A DNA stretch of 64,000 bases. Source: an uncultured candidate division Zixibacteria bacterium (GTDB taxonomy: Bacteria; Zixibacteria; MSB-5A5; GN15; FEB-12). The stretch spans positions 1,696,001-1,760,000 of the forward strand of contig OY760907.1 of assembly GCA_963664195.1 (NCBI GenBank). Reading direction: 5' to 3'. Positions 48,101-56,591 of this stretch are shown here, one piece after another. The notes below the pieces were generated by a model. The model was given only the letters and a program-made list of their open reading frames with translations, searched no databases and was not told where the DNA came from. The translations under genes were made by a program, and so were the position numbers. The first letter of the stretch is position 1; each line of letters begins with the position of its first letter.

Positions 48101-51100
48101 TCAACGTATCCGGCATACTAACGACAGGTGCCGCGTTGGCCGCGAGCACCGTGACAACGGTTGTATCCGAAGACGACGCGCCGTGCTCATCCGTTACCGT
48201 CATGCCGAGAGTGACATCTCCGGCGAAACCTGCATCGGCCGTCAGTTCAAGGAAGCCGGCTGCATTCAGGTTGTAGTTCAACGAATCATTGCTGACCGTA
48301 AACACATACGTGTGATTCGAGTCACTGGTGTGGTCATCGGAAACGTAGTTCCAAATGCCCAGTAGGCCAGTCGAATCAGCATTGAATGAATACGTCGCCG
48401 GCATTCCGGTTATTACTGGCGCTGTGTTGTCAAGCGCGTCAGTGACGATCCAGAGTCCATCAGATACGAAGTTGGTATCAAACGTGTAGCCATTCTGGGA
48501 CAGCCCCAGCACGGCGTCGAAATTGCCGCTGCGAGTGGTGTAAGTCAACACCTTGAAGCTGTCGCCGACCGACGGATAGAAGTCGTCAATCAACGTCAGA
48601 TTGAGCACGCCGCCGAGTCCGGCTGTCTGAGTGCAATAGACCTGATCGTGTTCGGTAACTGCTGTCAGTCCGCCTATCTCTATATTTATCTGAGCGTTTA
48701 TGCTGCTCATCGGGAACGTATTCGCCTGGAAGTTCAGCTTGCCCGGAGAAGAACCTGGATTGACGTAGCCGTTATTCGTAAATGTTGTAGCGTACGTGTT
48801 CAGCGAACCGTTACCCGAGATGATGCCCGTCATTCCGTTGATAAAATCGCCCTGATCAACCGTCAACGTCATCAGGTTGTCGAAATCTATCGTACCTGCG
48901 TTGGTGAACGAACCGGTTGTGCCGGTCAGGTTGAAATCCATTGCGGCGGCATCAAGTGAGATTGTGCCGAAGTTCGAGTGGTCCGCACTGGCTTTCTCAA
49001 GAACCAACTTGATATTGTTGTTCGCTATCGTTCCCTGGTTACTGATCTCAGCGTATAGATACCGTTCACCACCGGTCGAGCTTCCACCATCGGCCAGAAT
49101 CGTTCCGGTCGACGCATTCGACAGCGTTCCGGAGCCGACACTGAGCGTCGCCGTGGTTGTACCGTTAGCCTGGTCACTGGTGAGCGAGATGTGACCGGAG
49201 TTGGTGAACGTGCTTGCGACATTCATTTCTGCGGATCCATTCGCGTTGCCTAACACAATCACCGTGTCATTCAGACCGTTGCTGAAACTACCGGTGAAGT
49301 TGTTGATCCGCGTGACCGTGAGCATGCCGTCATTGGTAAGATCACAGCCCACATCACTGAGATACGAAGTCATCCGGGACTCGTTGACAATTGTCCCTGC
49401 GCCCGTGATGTCCGCATTATTCAGCACCAGCGAGTCAGTGTTTGTCAGCGTGCCGCTGTTGACCACGTTGGCGCTGGTAAGATTCATTGTCGCATCATTG
49501 GTGCAACTTCCCGTCACGTACACCGAGTCACTGACGAGTGACATGATGCCGTCACCGGCACAGGTACCGCCTGACAGTTTGAGCGGGCCGCCTGACTGTT
49601 CGTACATGGCGGAAGCCGCTATATTGATGGTTCCGGAGTTCGTCAGTTCATTCTGTACCAGCAGGTTGCCCGCGTTTACGTTGATTGTGCCACTGTTGAT
49701 ATGAACGACGCCTGACTCGACCAGCGTAGGGGAGCCGGCCTCAGCATTCAACGTGCCGTGGTTGTGCAGCCTGGCGCCGATGCTCCGGGAACCGGTCGTG
49801 CCGCCTGCGCCGGCAAGGATGTCAATCGTACCATCGGATGCGTTGATCAGCGTGTCGGTCGTTGTAATCAAGTTGAACGTGGCACCGTTTTGTGCTTCCT
49901 GCGTAAGCTCGATGGTCCCGTGGTTGGTCATCGTGCTGTAGAAGTTGATCTGGCAGGCATTCAACGTCGTGCCTTCCGCTATGACCTTGGAGCCGACTCC
50001 ACTCGTGAAGCCGCTGCGCACGTTGCCGCTGATCTGTGCTTTCACTACGCCGTCGTTGACCAGGTCGGAGTAAACCGAACCGTTGGCGAACAGCAGTGAG
50101 TCATTGTTTACGAATACGGAGTTGTGAATGCTGCCGCCCGTCAGAGTGACCGTTCCGTCGTTGAACAACGTGTCTGTCAGCGACAGATAGCTCATACCGA
50201 GCGTCATGCGCCCGTTGTTGGTCCATTTCGGCGTGATGTAAATAGTGTCACATTGCATCGATATCGTGCCGTTGTTTGCTACCGTTCCAGAGCTGAAGGT
50301 GCAAATTTCGGTGCCGCATCCAAACGACGCCCCTTCATCCACCGTGATCGTGCCGGTGTTGGTGAAGGTCGATGGGTTCGTAGCGCCCGAGACGGTGACG
50401 CCGCCGCCCTGTCCATACAGTGTGCCCGTATTGGAGTGGTCAGCGTCATCGTGCCACATGCGAATGGCAGTGCTCAGACCGGTAATCGTTCCCTGGTTTA
50501 TCATCTCGGCATTGATGTATCGAATCGAGGCCGTGTTGAAGCTCGCTCCGAGGAGCGCGTTGATGTTACCGGTGGGTTCGTTTTCAAGTGAACCGTCGGT
50601 TACGGTAATCTGAGAGGTCGTCGTGGTCGGCGGCCAATCGCTGGTCAACTCAATCGTTCCGCGATTGACGAAGCCGGAGTCAACCGTAAGATAGCACGTT
50701 CCACTGCTCGTGCCCGTAAGGGTCATCGTGCCGGTCGTATCGTTCAGGAACTCACCGGTGAAAGAACAGGTGCGCTGCAACTCGACCGTGCGGAAGTTGT
50801 TGATATTGTGTTGGATCGCACCGTTGGTCAACCGAACCGTTCCGTCGTTCATTAGAACATGACCGCTTGAGGTCAAGAGGTCGCCAGAGATAAGGTCCAA
50901 CACACCGTTTTCGCCGTTTGAAATCGTCCCATTGACCGTAAGATCGTAACTGGAACCAGTCAGCGTCTGTGTACCGGTTGCCGCCCCAAGCACCAGTGCC
51001 GTCAATGTCACGTTCTGGTCCATGGTTATGGTGTAGGTGCCGTCAAGATTGATGTAAGCAATGTCCCCTGATCCGGGAACCGTGCCGGTGCTCCACTTGG

Positions 51101-51236
51101 TCCCGTCACTCCAGTTACCGTCAACAGAGTCGGCCCACTGAATATTGGCGCCAAACACGGAGCTTGCGGGGAGTGTCATAGTCAGCAAGACGAGTAGTGT
51201 AGAAGTAATTTTAGTCAGTGATTTATAGAAATACAT
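45174..51236 (-). CDS. 2020-aa secreted surface protein: N.G-rich beta-helix-like head, ten Ig/cadherin-like repeats, FlgD-Ig/T9SS-like C-terminal domain
   Basis: AAGGAGG RBS, signal peptide, W...GNWS....W..G.VP, many N.GTI repeats, ten N(T/A)(A/P)P-initiated ~98-aa units and QNYPNPFNP...ASGIYFYR...KKMVLLK. Confidence 0.9.
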   Translation of the reverse strand: MYFYKSLTKITSTLLVLLTMTLPASSVFGANIQWADSVDGNWSDGTKWSTGTVPGSGDIAYINLDGTYTITMDQNVTLTALVLGAATGTQTLTGSSYDLTVNGTISNGENGVLDLISGDLLTSSGHVLMNDGTVRLTNGAIQHNINNFRTVELQRTCSFTGEFLNDTTGTMTLTGTSSGTCYLTVDSGFVNRGTIELTSDWPPTTTTSQITVTDGSLENEPTGNINALLGASFNTASIRYINAEMINQGTITGLSTAIRMWHDDADHSNTGTLYGQGGGVTVSGATNPSTFTNTGTITVDEGASFGCGTEICTFSSGTVANNGTISMQCDTIYITPKWTNNGRMTLGMSYLSLTDTLFNDGTVTLTGGSIHNSVFVNNDSLLFANGSVYSDLVNDGVVKAQISGNVRSGFTSGVGSKVIAEGTTLNACQINFYSTMTNHGTIELTQEAQNGATFNLITTTDTLINASDGTIDILAGAGGTTGSRSIGARLHNHGTLNAEAGSPTLVESGVVHINSGTINVNAGNLLVQNELTNSGTINIAASAMYEQSGGPLKLSGGTCAGDGIMSLVSDSVYVTGSCTNDATMNLTSANVVNSGTLTNTDSLVLNNADITGAGTIVNESRMTSYLSDVGCDLTNDGMLTVTRINNFTGSFSNGLNDTVIVLGNANGSAEMNVASTFTNSGHISLTSDQANGTTTATLSVGSGTLSNASTGTILADGGSSTGGERYLYAEISNQGTIANNNIKLVLEKASADHSNFGTISLDAAAMDFNLTGTTGSFTNAGTIDFDNLMTLTVDQGDFINGMTGIISGNGSLNTYATTFTNNGYVNPGSSPGKLNFQANTFPMSSINAQINIEIGGLTAVTEHDQVYCTQTAGLGGVLNLTLIDDFYPSVGDSFKVLTYTTRSGNFDAVLGLSQNGYTFDTNFVSDGLWIVTDALDNTAPVITGMPATYSFNADSTGLLGIWNYVSDDHTSDSNHTYVFTVSNDSLNYNLNAAGFLELTADAGFAGDVTLGMTVTDEHGASSSDTTVVTVLAANAAPVVSMPDTLTFRTDVTFGYGMWAVVADAESHDTLLTYAFTTSNDSLVTTFYDATGTLALSTTNDFVGTAMLYASVTDPDGGEGVDTVTVVVTAVPNTPPVISGLADTVTFRTDSTVSITVWDFVADAETHDTLLTYDATSSNDSVVTGFTPATGVFTISATDDFTGTAMVIVTVTDPEAASDVDTIIAVVTAIPNTPPVISGLADTVTFRTDSLVSITVWDFVADAETHDTLLTYDATSSNDSVVTGFTPATGVFTISATDDFTGTAMVIVTVTDPEAASDVDTIIAVVTAIPNTPPVISGLADTVTFRTDSTVSITVWDFVADAETHDTLLTYDATSSNDSVVTEYEDSTGVWTIYATDEFSGTAMLIVTVTDPEAASDVDTVIAVVTPIPNTPPVISGLADTATFRTDSTWSITAWDYVADAETHDSLLTYDATSSNDSVVTDFTPATGVFTLSATDGFSGTAMVIVTVTDPQAASDVDTIIAVVTPMPNTAPVVDLVDTVTFNYGGVRYVDLWGGTTDTQTHDTLLIYDITDNQDSLLATYVDSTGELRLEATDDWNGNASVYVSVEDPEGLMGYDTVQVVVTALPNTAPVVTLPDTVIFRTDSTHVMTLWDYVVDDESADNALTYSFSRDSLELGCSYFSVTGELTIFSDSVWSGESYLHVTATDPGSLQGIDSILVIVQPLPNTAPVFSLPDTITFRADSAVTLVVWDYIADAESPDSLLILDGSESNDSLLVEFEPSTGVLTFTAEVGYHGTAYMYASAQDPEGLFGYDTVTVVVTRAPKTPPEVNLPDSLTFDADTSITLDVWSLVTDSYNDTLLYYAFSTSNDSLLQSYESSTGIVTISAEAGWSGLAVLRLVVTDPDTAIGRDSVFVTVTPAMSVGEDDDLLPQSFALHQNYPNPFNPATLIEYSVPRSSHIVVAVYNVLGQEIDRLVDDERPAGRHSVFWEGTDSNGRQVASGIYFYRMQAGEFVVTKKMVLLK
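46660..47845 (-). repeat. Four near-identical 297-bp intragenic tandem repeats
   Basis: NTPPVISGLADT.TFRTDS..SIT.WD.VADAETHD.LLTYDATSSNDSVVT, four times. Equivalent positions are 297 bp apart (47179 and 47476). Confidence 0.9.
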
Positions 51237-51577
51237 CTGACCCTCCTTTTCTGATATCTGCATGTTTACTGTACTACATGATTCTTCATATCGACAAGCC
51301 ACACAAATACTTGACACGCAAGGACACAATCAGGACAAGCGCGGTATTATTCCCCAACAGTATCGGCCAATCCCCACACTCGTGTCTTTCGTTGATACGA
51401 GCCGATTCTCTGCTATCTGACAGAAAAATCTTGACAAAATCAGAATCACAACTTTTTTGAGTACAATCGGGCCAAGACGGAACGCATATTGTAGAAATTG
51501 ACGAAATGCAAGCAACGACCTGTAACATGACAGATACTGTCACGCGCGCTCTGACTGACGGACGGACGTCCGACAGC

Positions 51578-51649
51578 ATGCGGATGTATATGTCTATGGG
51601 TATGCCTGTTTCCATATTTGTGTGGAAAGGACGGTTGCCGATTACGTAG
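51578..51649 (+). CDS. Met-rich leader peptide MRMYMSMGMPVSIFVWKGRLPIT (in-frame alternative starts at 51506 and 51527)
   Basis: ATG codons at 51578, 51584, 51590, 51596 and 51602, TAG at 51647-51649. Directly upstream of a terminator and metH. Confidence 0.7.
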   Translation: MRMYMSMGMPVSIFVWKGRLPIT

Positions 51650-51715
51650 GAGCGCGCAGCGAAAACGTGACGATTACCGGGAGCCTTTCGATGTGGAGAG
51701 GCTCCTTTTTTGTTT
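51605..51715 (+). promoter_or_regulatory. Attenuator: protector, antiterminator and intrinsic terminator hairpins
   Basis: Terminator GGAGCCTTTC-gatgtg-GAGAGGCTCC-TTTTTTGTTT (51680-51715). GAAAGG (51625-51630) can pair with CCTTTC (51684-51689) or be sequestered in the 51605-51630 hairpin. Confidence 0.75.
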
Positions 51716-51772
51716 GTGCGATTCGGGAGAGAGAATGGCTTCGTTTGGCCGATACTAAGAAGAGTATTTGTG

Positions 51773-54700
51773 ATGGGACAGACACAGATGAAAGAACAGT
51801 TCGACAACAGGAAACTGCACAGAATCGCCAGGGACCGGATATTGGTCGTCGACGGTGCCATGGGCACGTTGATCCAGAGTCACAATCTGACCGAATCCGA
51901 TTTCCGCGGCGACTCTTTTGCCTCGCATCCGTGCGATTTGCAGGGGAATAACGATCTGCTGCCGCTCACCCGCCCCGATATCATCGCCGGCATTCACCGC
52001 ACCTACCTCGAAGCAGGTGCCGATATCATCAAGACCAACACGTTCAACGCTTCTGCCGTTTCCCAATCTGACTACCAGACCGAACACCTTGTCTACGATA
52101 TGAACCTCACATCCGCGCGGCTGGCCCGCGAATGCGCCGACGAGTTCTCCCGGAAAACGCCTGACCAGCCCCGTTTTGTGGCCGGAGATCTGGGACCTAC
52201 CAACCGGTCGACATCGCTCTCACCGGACGTCGAGAAGCCGGGCTACCGCGACGTCAGTTTCGACGATCTCAGAATCGCATACTATGAACAGGCTCGCGGT
52301 CTGCTCGACGGCGGGATCGATATCTTCCTCGTTGAGACAGTTTTTGACACACTCAATGCCAAAGCTGCCCTGTTTGCAATCAAAACGCTTCAGGAAGAAC
52401 GACAAACCAATCTCCCCGTCTGGGTCTCCGGCACGATCACCGACTCCAGCGGACGTACGCTCTCCGGCCAGACGATGGAAGCCTTCTGGGTTTCGGTCAG
52501 TCACGCAGATTTGTTTTGTGTTGGATTGAACTGCGCCAACGGCGCCGCCGCTCTCAGGTCGTATGTTGCGGAGTTGTCCAACGCGGCAACGACGCTGGTC
52601 TCGATGCACCCCAATGCCGGCCTTCCCGACGAACTCGGCAACTACTCCGAAACGCCGGAGATAACGGCCGACACTATTCGCCAATGCGCCGTAAGCGGTC
52701 TTGTAAACATCGTAGGCGGATGCTGCGGCACTACACCCGACCATATTCGGGCCATTGCCGCCGCGGTCAACGGCATCACACCGCGTCAGGTTACAGCATC
52801 CAATAATCACTGCTATCTCAGCGGTCTGGAGCCTCTCGAGATCAGAACGGACTCGCGCTTCGTCAATATCGGCGAACGCACCAATGTCGCCGGCTCTGCC
52901 AAATTCGCCCGCCTCATCCGGGAGAATGACTACGAATCCGCTCTCCGAATCGCCCGCAAACAGATCAAGGGAGGCGCTCAGGTTATCGATGTCAACCTTG
53001 ATGACCCCATGCTTGACGCGCCTGCCGCCATGACGACGTTTCTCAATCTCCTCGCCGCCGATCCGGATATCAGCCGCGTGCCGGTTATGATCGACTCCTC
53101 CGACTGGGAAGTCATCGAGGCCGGTCTGAAGTGCCTGCAGGGGAGAGGTATCGTCAACTCCATCAGCCTGAGAGAAGGCGAAGACGAATTCCTGTCCCAA
53201 GCCTGCCTGATCCGCAAGTACGGCGCCGCCGTGGTTGTGATGGCAATCGATGAAGCTGGCCAGGGTGATACTGCCGCCCGCAAAGTTGAGATCTGTACCC
53301 GTGCCCATGATCTTCTGACCCGCCGTGCTGGGTTCCGCCCGCCGGAAATCATCTTCGACCCCGGCGTGTTTGCAATCGGCACTGGAATCAACGATCACAA
53401 CGATTACGCCGTCGCCTTCCTCGACACCTGCCGTACGATCAAGCAATCACTACCCGGCTGTCTTGTCAGCGGCGGAATAAGCAATCTGTCATTCGCCTTC
53501 CGGGGCAACAACGCCGTCCGCGAGGCCATGCACTCTGTCTTCTTGTATCACGCCGTCGAGGCAGGTATGGACATGGGTATCGTCAACGCCGGTCAGCTCG
53601 CGCCGTACGAAAGCGTACCTCAGGACCTCCGCGAAAGAGCCGAAGACCTCATACTCAATTGCCGACCCGATGCTGCCGAACGCCTGCTAGCTACTGCGTC
53701 AACAGTGTCCGGCGATAGCAAGACAAAGGACGCCGGTATCGGGGCAACAGACCTCTCTGTCGGAGAACGACTCGCTCAGGCTATTGTCAGCGGCATCACC
53801 GACCATATCGAAGATGACACTCGCGACGCTATTGCCGAGTACGGCGATGCACTGCAGGTTGTCGAGGGACCGCTCATGGACGGCATGAATGCGGTTGGCG
53901 ATCTCTTCGCCGACGGCAGGATGTTCCTTCCCCACGTCATTCGCAGCGCCCGCGTTATGAAAAAAGCCGTTTCGGTTCTTACTCCCCACTTGAAGGAAAC
54001 GGATTCATCAGTGGCACACTCACGAGGCAGGATTCTGCTGGCGACCGTCAAGGGGGACGTTCACGACATCGGCAAAAATATCGCCGGAGTCGTCCTTCGC
54101 TGCCACGGCTACGACGTCATTGATCTTGGCGTTAAAGTCTCCACCGGGAGCATCCTCGATCAGGCGAAGCAGCACAACGTCGACGCTGTCGGCCTGAGCG
54201 GACTGATTTCACCCTCGCTGAAGGAAATGGTTCACATCGCCGAGGAAATGGAACGTCGCGGATTCACGATCCCTCTACTGATAGGCGGAGCTACGACGTC
54301 ACTGATTCACACCGCCGTCAAGATCGCTCCGGTCTACAGCGGGCCTGTGGTTTACATCCGCGATGCCTCCCGCGCTGTCGGAGCCGTCAACGCCGTTCTT
54401 GACGATCGCAAACGCGACGGTTTCCTCGCGGACCTTCGCGAGGAATATCGGGCTATCCGCAAACGCCGCGAGGCAAAGACATCGCAGCAGACAATCCTAT
54501 CGCTCGATGAAGCCCGCCGGAGGTCCCCTGTTTTCGAGTGGAAACAGTACTCGCCGCACAGACCGCAGAAACTGGGCATCGAGGTCATTCGCGATTATCC
54601 GTTGGAAGACATTGTCCCGTTGATCGACTGGGCACCGGCGCTCAGGACGTTCGACTTGGCCAGAACGAATCAATCAGCGCAGCCATCCGACGAGTTGCTG

Positions 54701-55429
54701 ACCGACGCAAAAACGCTTCTCGATAGTCTGCTGCGCAATAGAAGCCTGTCCGGTCGAGCCGTCATCGGTCTGTATCCCGCCAACTCAGTCGGCGATGATG
54801 TCGAAATCTACGCCTCCGAGGACCGCTCAACTCCGCTGACAACCGTCCGGTTCCTGCGCCAGCAACAACAGCGCCCCCAGGGCCGTCCGAACCGCTGTCT
54901 CGCAGATTTCATTGCGCCACGAGATTCCGGGATCAACGACTACCTTGGTGCCTTTGTCGTATCGGCAGGGTTTGGAGTCGACTCGCTCAGCGAGAAGTTC
55001 GCGCGCCAGGACGACGAGTATTCCCAACTCCTGCTCCGCGCCCTGGCCGATCGATTGGCTGAGGCATTCGCCCAACGGATGCACGACAGAGTACGTTTGG
55101 AATTCTGGGGACAGGGCACAGCGGACAACGCCGGGAAAGGATCAGCGGTCGGCATCCGCCCCGCTCCCGGATATCCGGCCTGCCCCGACCATACCCAGAA
55201 GATGACACTGTTCAATCTTCTGGAGGCTCCTGATCGGATTGGCGTGACACTTACGGAGTCGTACGCCATGGTTCCGGCCGCGTCGATCTGTGGCTGGTAC
55301 TTCAGCCATCCTGACTCCCGCTACTTCGGCATCGGGCCGATCGGCGAGGATCAAGTGACCGATTACTCGAAGCGAATCGGCCTGCCGGTCAACGAGGTCA
55401 GGCAATGGCTTGAGACGAATCTCACTTAA
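51773..55429 (+). CDS. metH: Cobalamin-dependent methionine synthase
   Basis: DGAMGT, GLNC, GGCCGT (Zn), [17 protein letters not shown] (B12) and [12 protein letters not shown]. Start at 51773 or 51788. Confidence 0.97.
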   Translation: MGQTQMKEQFDNRKLHRIARDRILVVDGAMGTLIQSHNLTESDFRGDSFASHPCDLQGNNDLLPLTRPDIIAGIHRTYLEAGADIIKTNTFNASAVSQSDYQTEHLVYDMNLTSARLARECADEFSRKTPDQPRFVAGDLGPTNRSTSLSPDVEKPGYRDVSFDDLRIAYYEQARGLLDGGIDIFLVETVFDTLNAKAALFAIKTLQEERQTNLPVWVSGTITDSSGRTLSGQTMEAFWVSVSHADLFCVGLNCANGAAALRSYVAELSNAATTLVSMHPNAGLPDELGNYSETPEITADTIRQCAVSGLVNIVGGCCGTTPDHIRAIAAAVNGITPRQVTASNNHCYLSGLEPLEIRTDSRFVNIGERTNVAGSAKFARLIRENDYESALRIARKQIKGGAQVIDVNLDDPMLDAPAAMTTFLNLLAADPDISRVPVMIDSSDWEVIEAGLKCLQGRGIVNSISLREGEDEFLSQACLIRKYGAAVVVMAIDEAGQGDTAARKVEICTRAHDLLTRRAGFRPPEIIFDPGVFAIGTGINDHNDYAVAFLDTCRTIKQSLPGCLVSGGISNLSFAFRGNNAVREAMHSVFLYHAVEAGMDMGIVNAGQLAPYESVPQDLRERAEDLILNCRPDAAERLLATASTVSGDSKTKDAGIGATDLSVGERLAQAIVSGITDHIEDDTRDAIAEYGDALQVVEGPLMDGMNAVGDLFADGRMFLPHVIRSARVMKKAVSVLTPHLKETDSSVAHSRGRILLATVKGDVHDIGKNIAGVVLRCHGYDVIDLGVKVSTGSILDQAKQHNVDAVGLSGLISPSLKEMVHIAEEMERRGFTIPLLIGGATTSLIHTAVKIAPVYSGPVVYIRDASRAVGAVNAVLDDRKRDGFLADLREEYRAIRKRREAKTSQQTILSLDEARRRSPVFEWKQYSPHRPQKLGIEVIRDYPLEDIVPLIDWAPALRTFDLARTNQSAQPSDELLTDAKTLLDSLLRNRSLSGRAVIGLYPANSVGDDVEIYASEDRSTPLTTVRFLRQQQQRPQGRPNRCLADFIAPRDSGINDYLGAFVVSAGFGVDSLSEKFARQDDEYSQLLLRALADRLAEAFAQRMHDRVRLEFWGQGTADNAGKGSAVGIRPAPGYPACPDHTQKMTLFNLLEAPDRIGVTLTESYAMVPAASICGWYFSHPDSRYFGIGPIGEDQVTDYSKRIGLPVNEVRQWLETNLT

Positions 55430-55447
55430 CGAAACGGTGATCAAACG

Positions 55448-56392
55448 ATGAAAGTAACCGGGAAAATCAGCAAAGCTACCGGCCCCCTGTGCAGCTATGA
55501 AATCATTCCACCAAAACGCGGAAAGAGCGCCCGTGACATCCTCGATATCGTAGAACAACTCCGACCGTTTGATCCGCCGTTTATCGACGTGACCTCCCAC
55601 TCGCCGGTGACCTACTACCAGGAACTTGGCGACGGAACCATCAAACGCCGCATCCGGAAAAAACGTCCCGGGACAATCGGGATTTGCACCGTAATCCAGA
55701 ATCGTTACGGCATTGACTCTGTTCCGCACTTGCTTTGTCGAGGTTTCACTCGCGAAGAGACCGAAGATGCCATGATTGAACTCAGCTACCTTGGCATCGA
55801 GTCTGTCATGGCGATTCGCGGCGATTCCTCCGATTCAGACTACAAAGGTCCTGCGGACAGTACCGTCAATCTGCACGCCAACCATCTGGTGGCGCAATTG
55901 GCCGACCTGAGACGTGGAGTCTACCTGGAGGACATTGCCAACTCCGAGCCAATCGACTGCTGTATCGGTGTTTGCGGCTATCCGGAAAAACATGCTGAAG
56001 CACCAAATGCCAAAACTGACCTGACTTATCTCAAGGCCAAGGTTGATGCCGGCGCGGATTATATTGTCACGCAAATGTGTTTCGACAACCTGAAGTTTTT
56101 CGATTTCGAAAAGCGCTGCCGTGAGGCCGGAATAGACATCCCGATCATACCGGGGTTGAAGATCATGAACAAAGTCGGCCAGTTATCCACTCTTCCCGGA
56201 CGGTTTCAGGTATCGCTGCCGGAAACGCTTGTCGACGAAATCACGGAAAACCCGAAACACGTTCGTGAAATCGGCATTCGCTGGGGAGTGAAGCAGTGCG
56301 AGGAGTTGTTCAACCACGGCGTCAGGTGCGTGCACTTCTATGTTCTCAACGACGCCCGTTCAGTTACCAAAGTTGTCAGCCAACTCGCCTGA
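55448..56392 (+). CDS. metF: 5,10-methylenetetrahydrofolate reductase
   Basis: SYEIIPP, FIDVT, PHLLCRG, RGD, GYPEKH, KVDAGAD..VTQ, PIIPG and HFY.LN. Confidence 0.95.
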   Translation: MKVTGKISKATGPLCSYEIIPPKRGKSARDILDIVEQLRPFDPPFIDVTSHSPVTYYQELGDGTIKRRIRKKRPGTIGICTVIQNRYGIDSVPHLLCRGFTREETEDAMIELSYLGIESVMAIRGDSSDSDYKGPADSTVNLHANHLVAQLADLRRGVYLEDIANSEPIDCCIGVCGYPEKHAEAPNAKTDLTYLKAKVDAGADYIVTQMCFDNLKFFDFEKRCREAGIDIPIIPGLKIMNKVGQLSTLPGRFQVSLPETLVDEITENPKHVREIGIRWGVKQCEELFNHGVRCVHFYVLNDARSVTKVVSQLA

Positions 56393-56463
56393 GCAAGTCA
56401 GCGGTTCTATTCAATCAAGTCATCTCTGTGCTTTTCGAAGTGTGCACCGAACGGTCACTCGAC

Positions 56464-56492
56464 GGGTGGCCCCTTCAAACTTGTTGGAGGGG
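56464..56492 (+). repeat. Dispersed GTGG-type REP of the RAYT-flanking family
   Basis: GGGTGG-CCCCTTCAAAC-TT-GTTGGAGGGG, between convergent genes. Confidence 0.7.
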
Positions 56493-56591
56493 ATAGTCTG
56501 AACAGAACGGTCACCCTGGGCACCACAGCCCGCCTTCGGCGCACCAGAGACTTGCAGCCGGCTCTATGCTACGAGTCTCATAGCACCCGAC

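Noticed and set aside
46554..48365. 603-aa plus-strand ORF and similar long antisense ORFs (e.g. 52220-53446, 9039-9899)
   Set aside because: Shadow frames opposite well-supported genes, with Arg/His-rich composition and no motifs.
51431..51467. TTGACA...TACAAT as the met leader promoter
   Set aside because: The two hexamers are 25 bp apart, too far for one sigma70 promoter. The true promoter could not be fixed.
51480..51772. SAM, cobalamin or T-box riboswitch upstream of metH
   Set aside because: I could not find the SAM-I core (ATC.AGAG...GA.GGA..GGCCC...GCAACC), a B12 box or a T-box (AAGGTGG.ACC) motif. The uORF plus alternative hairpins explain the region better. An Rfam scan is still needed.
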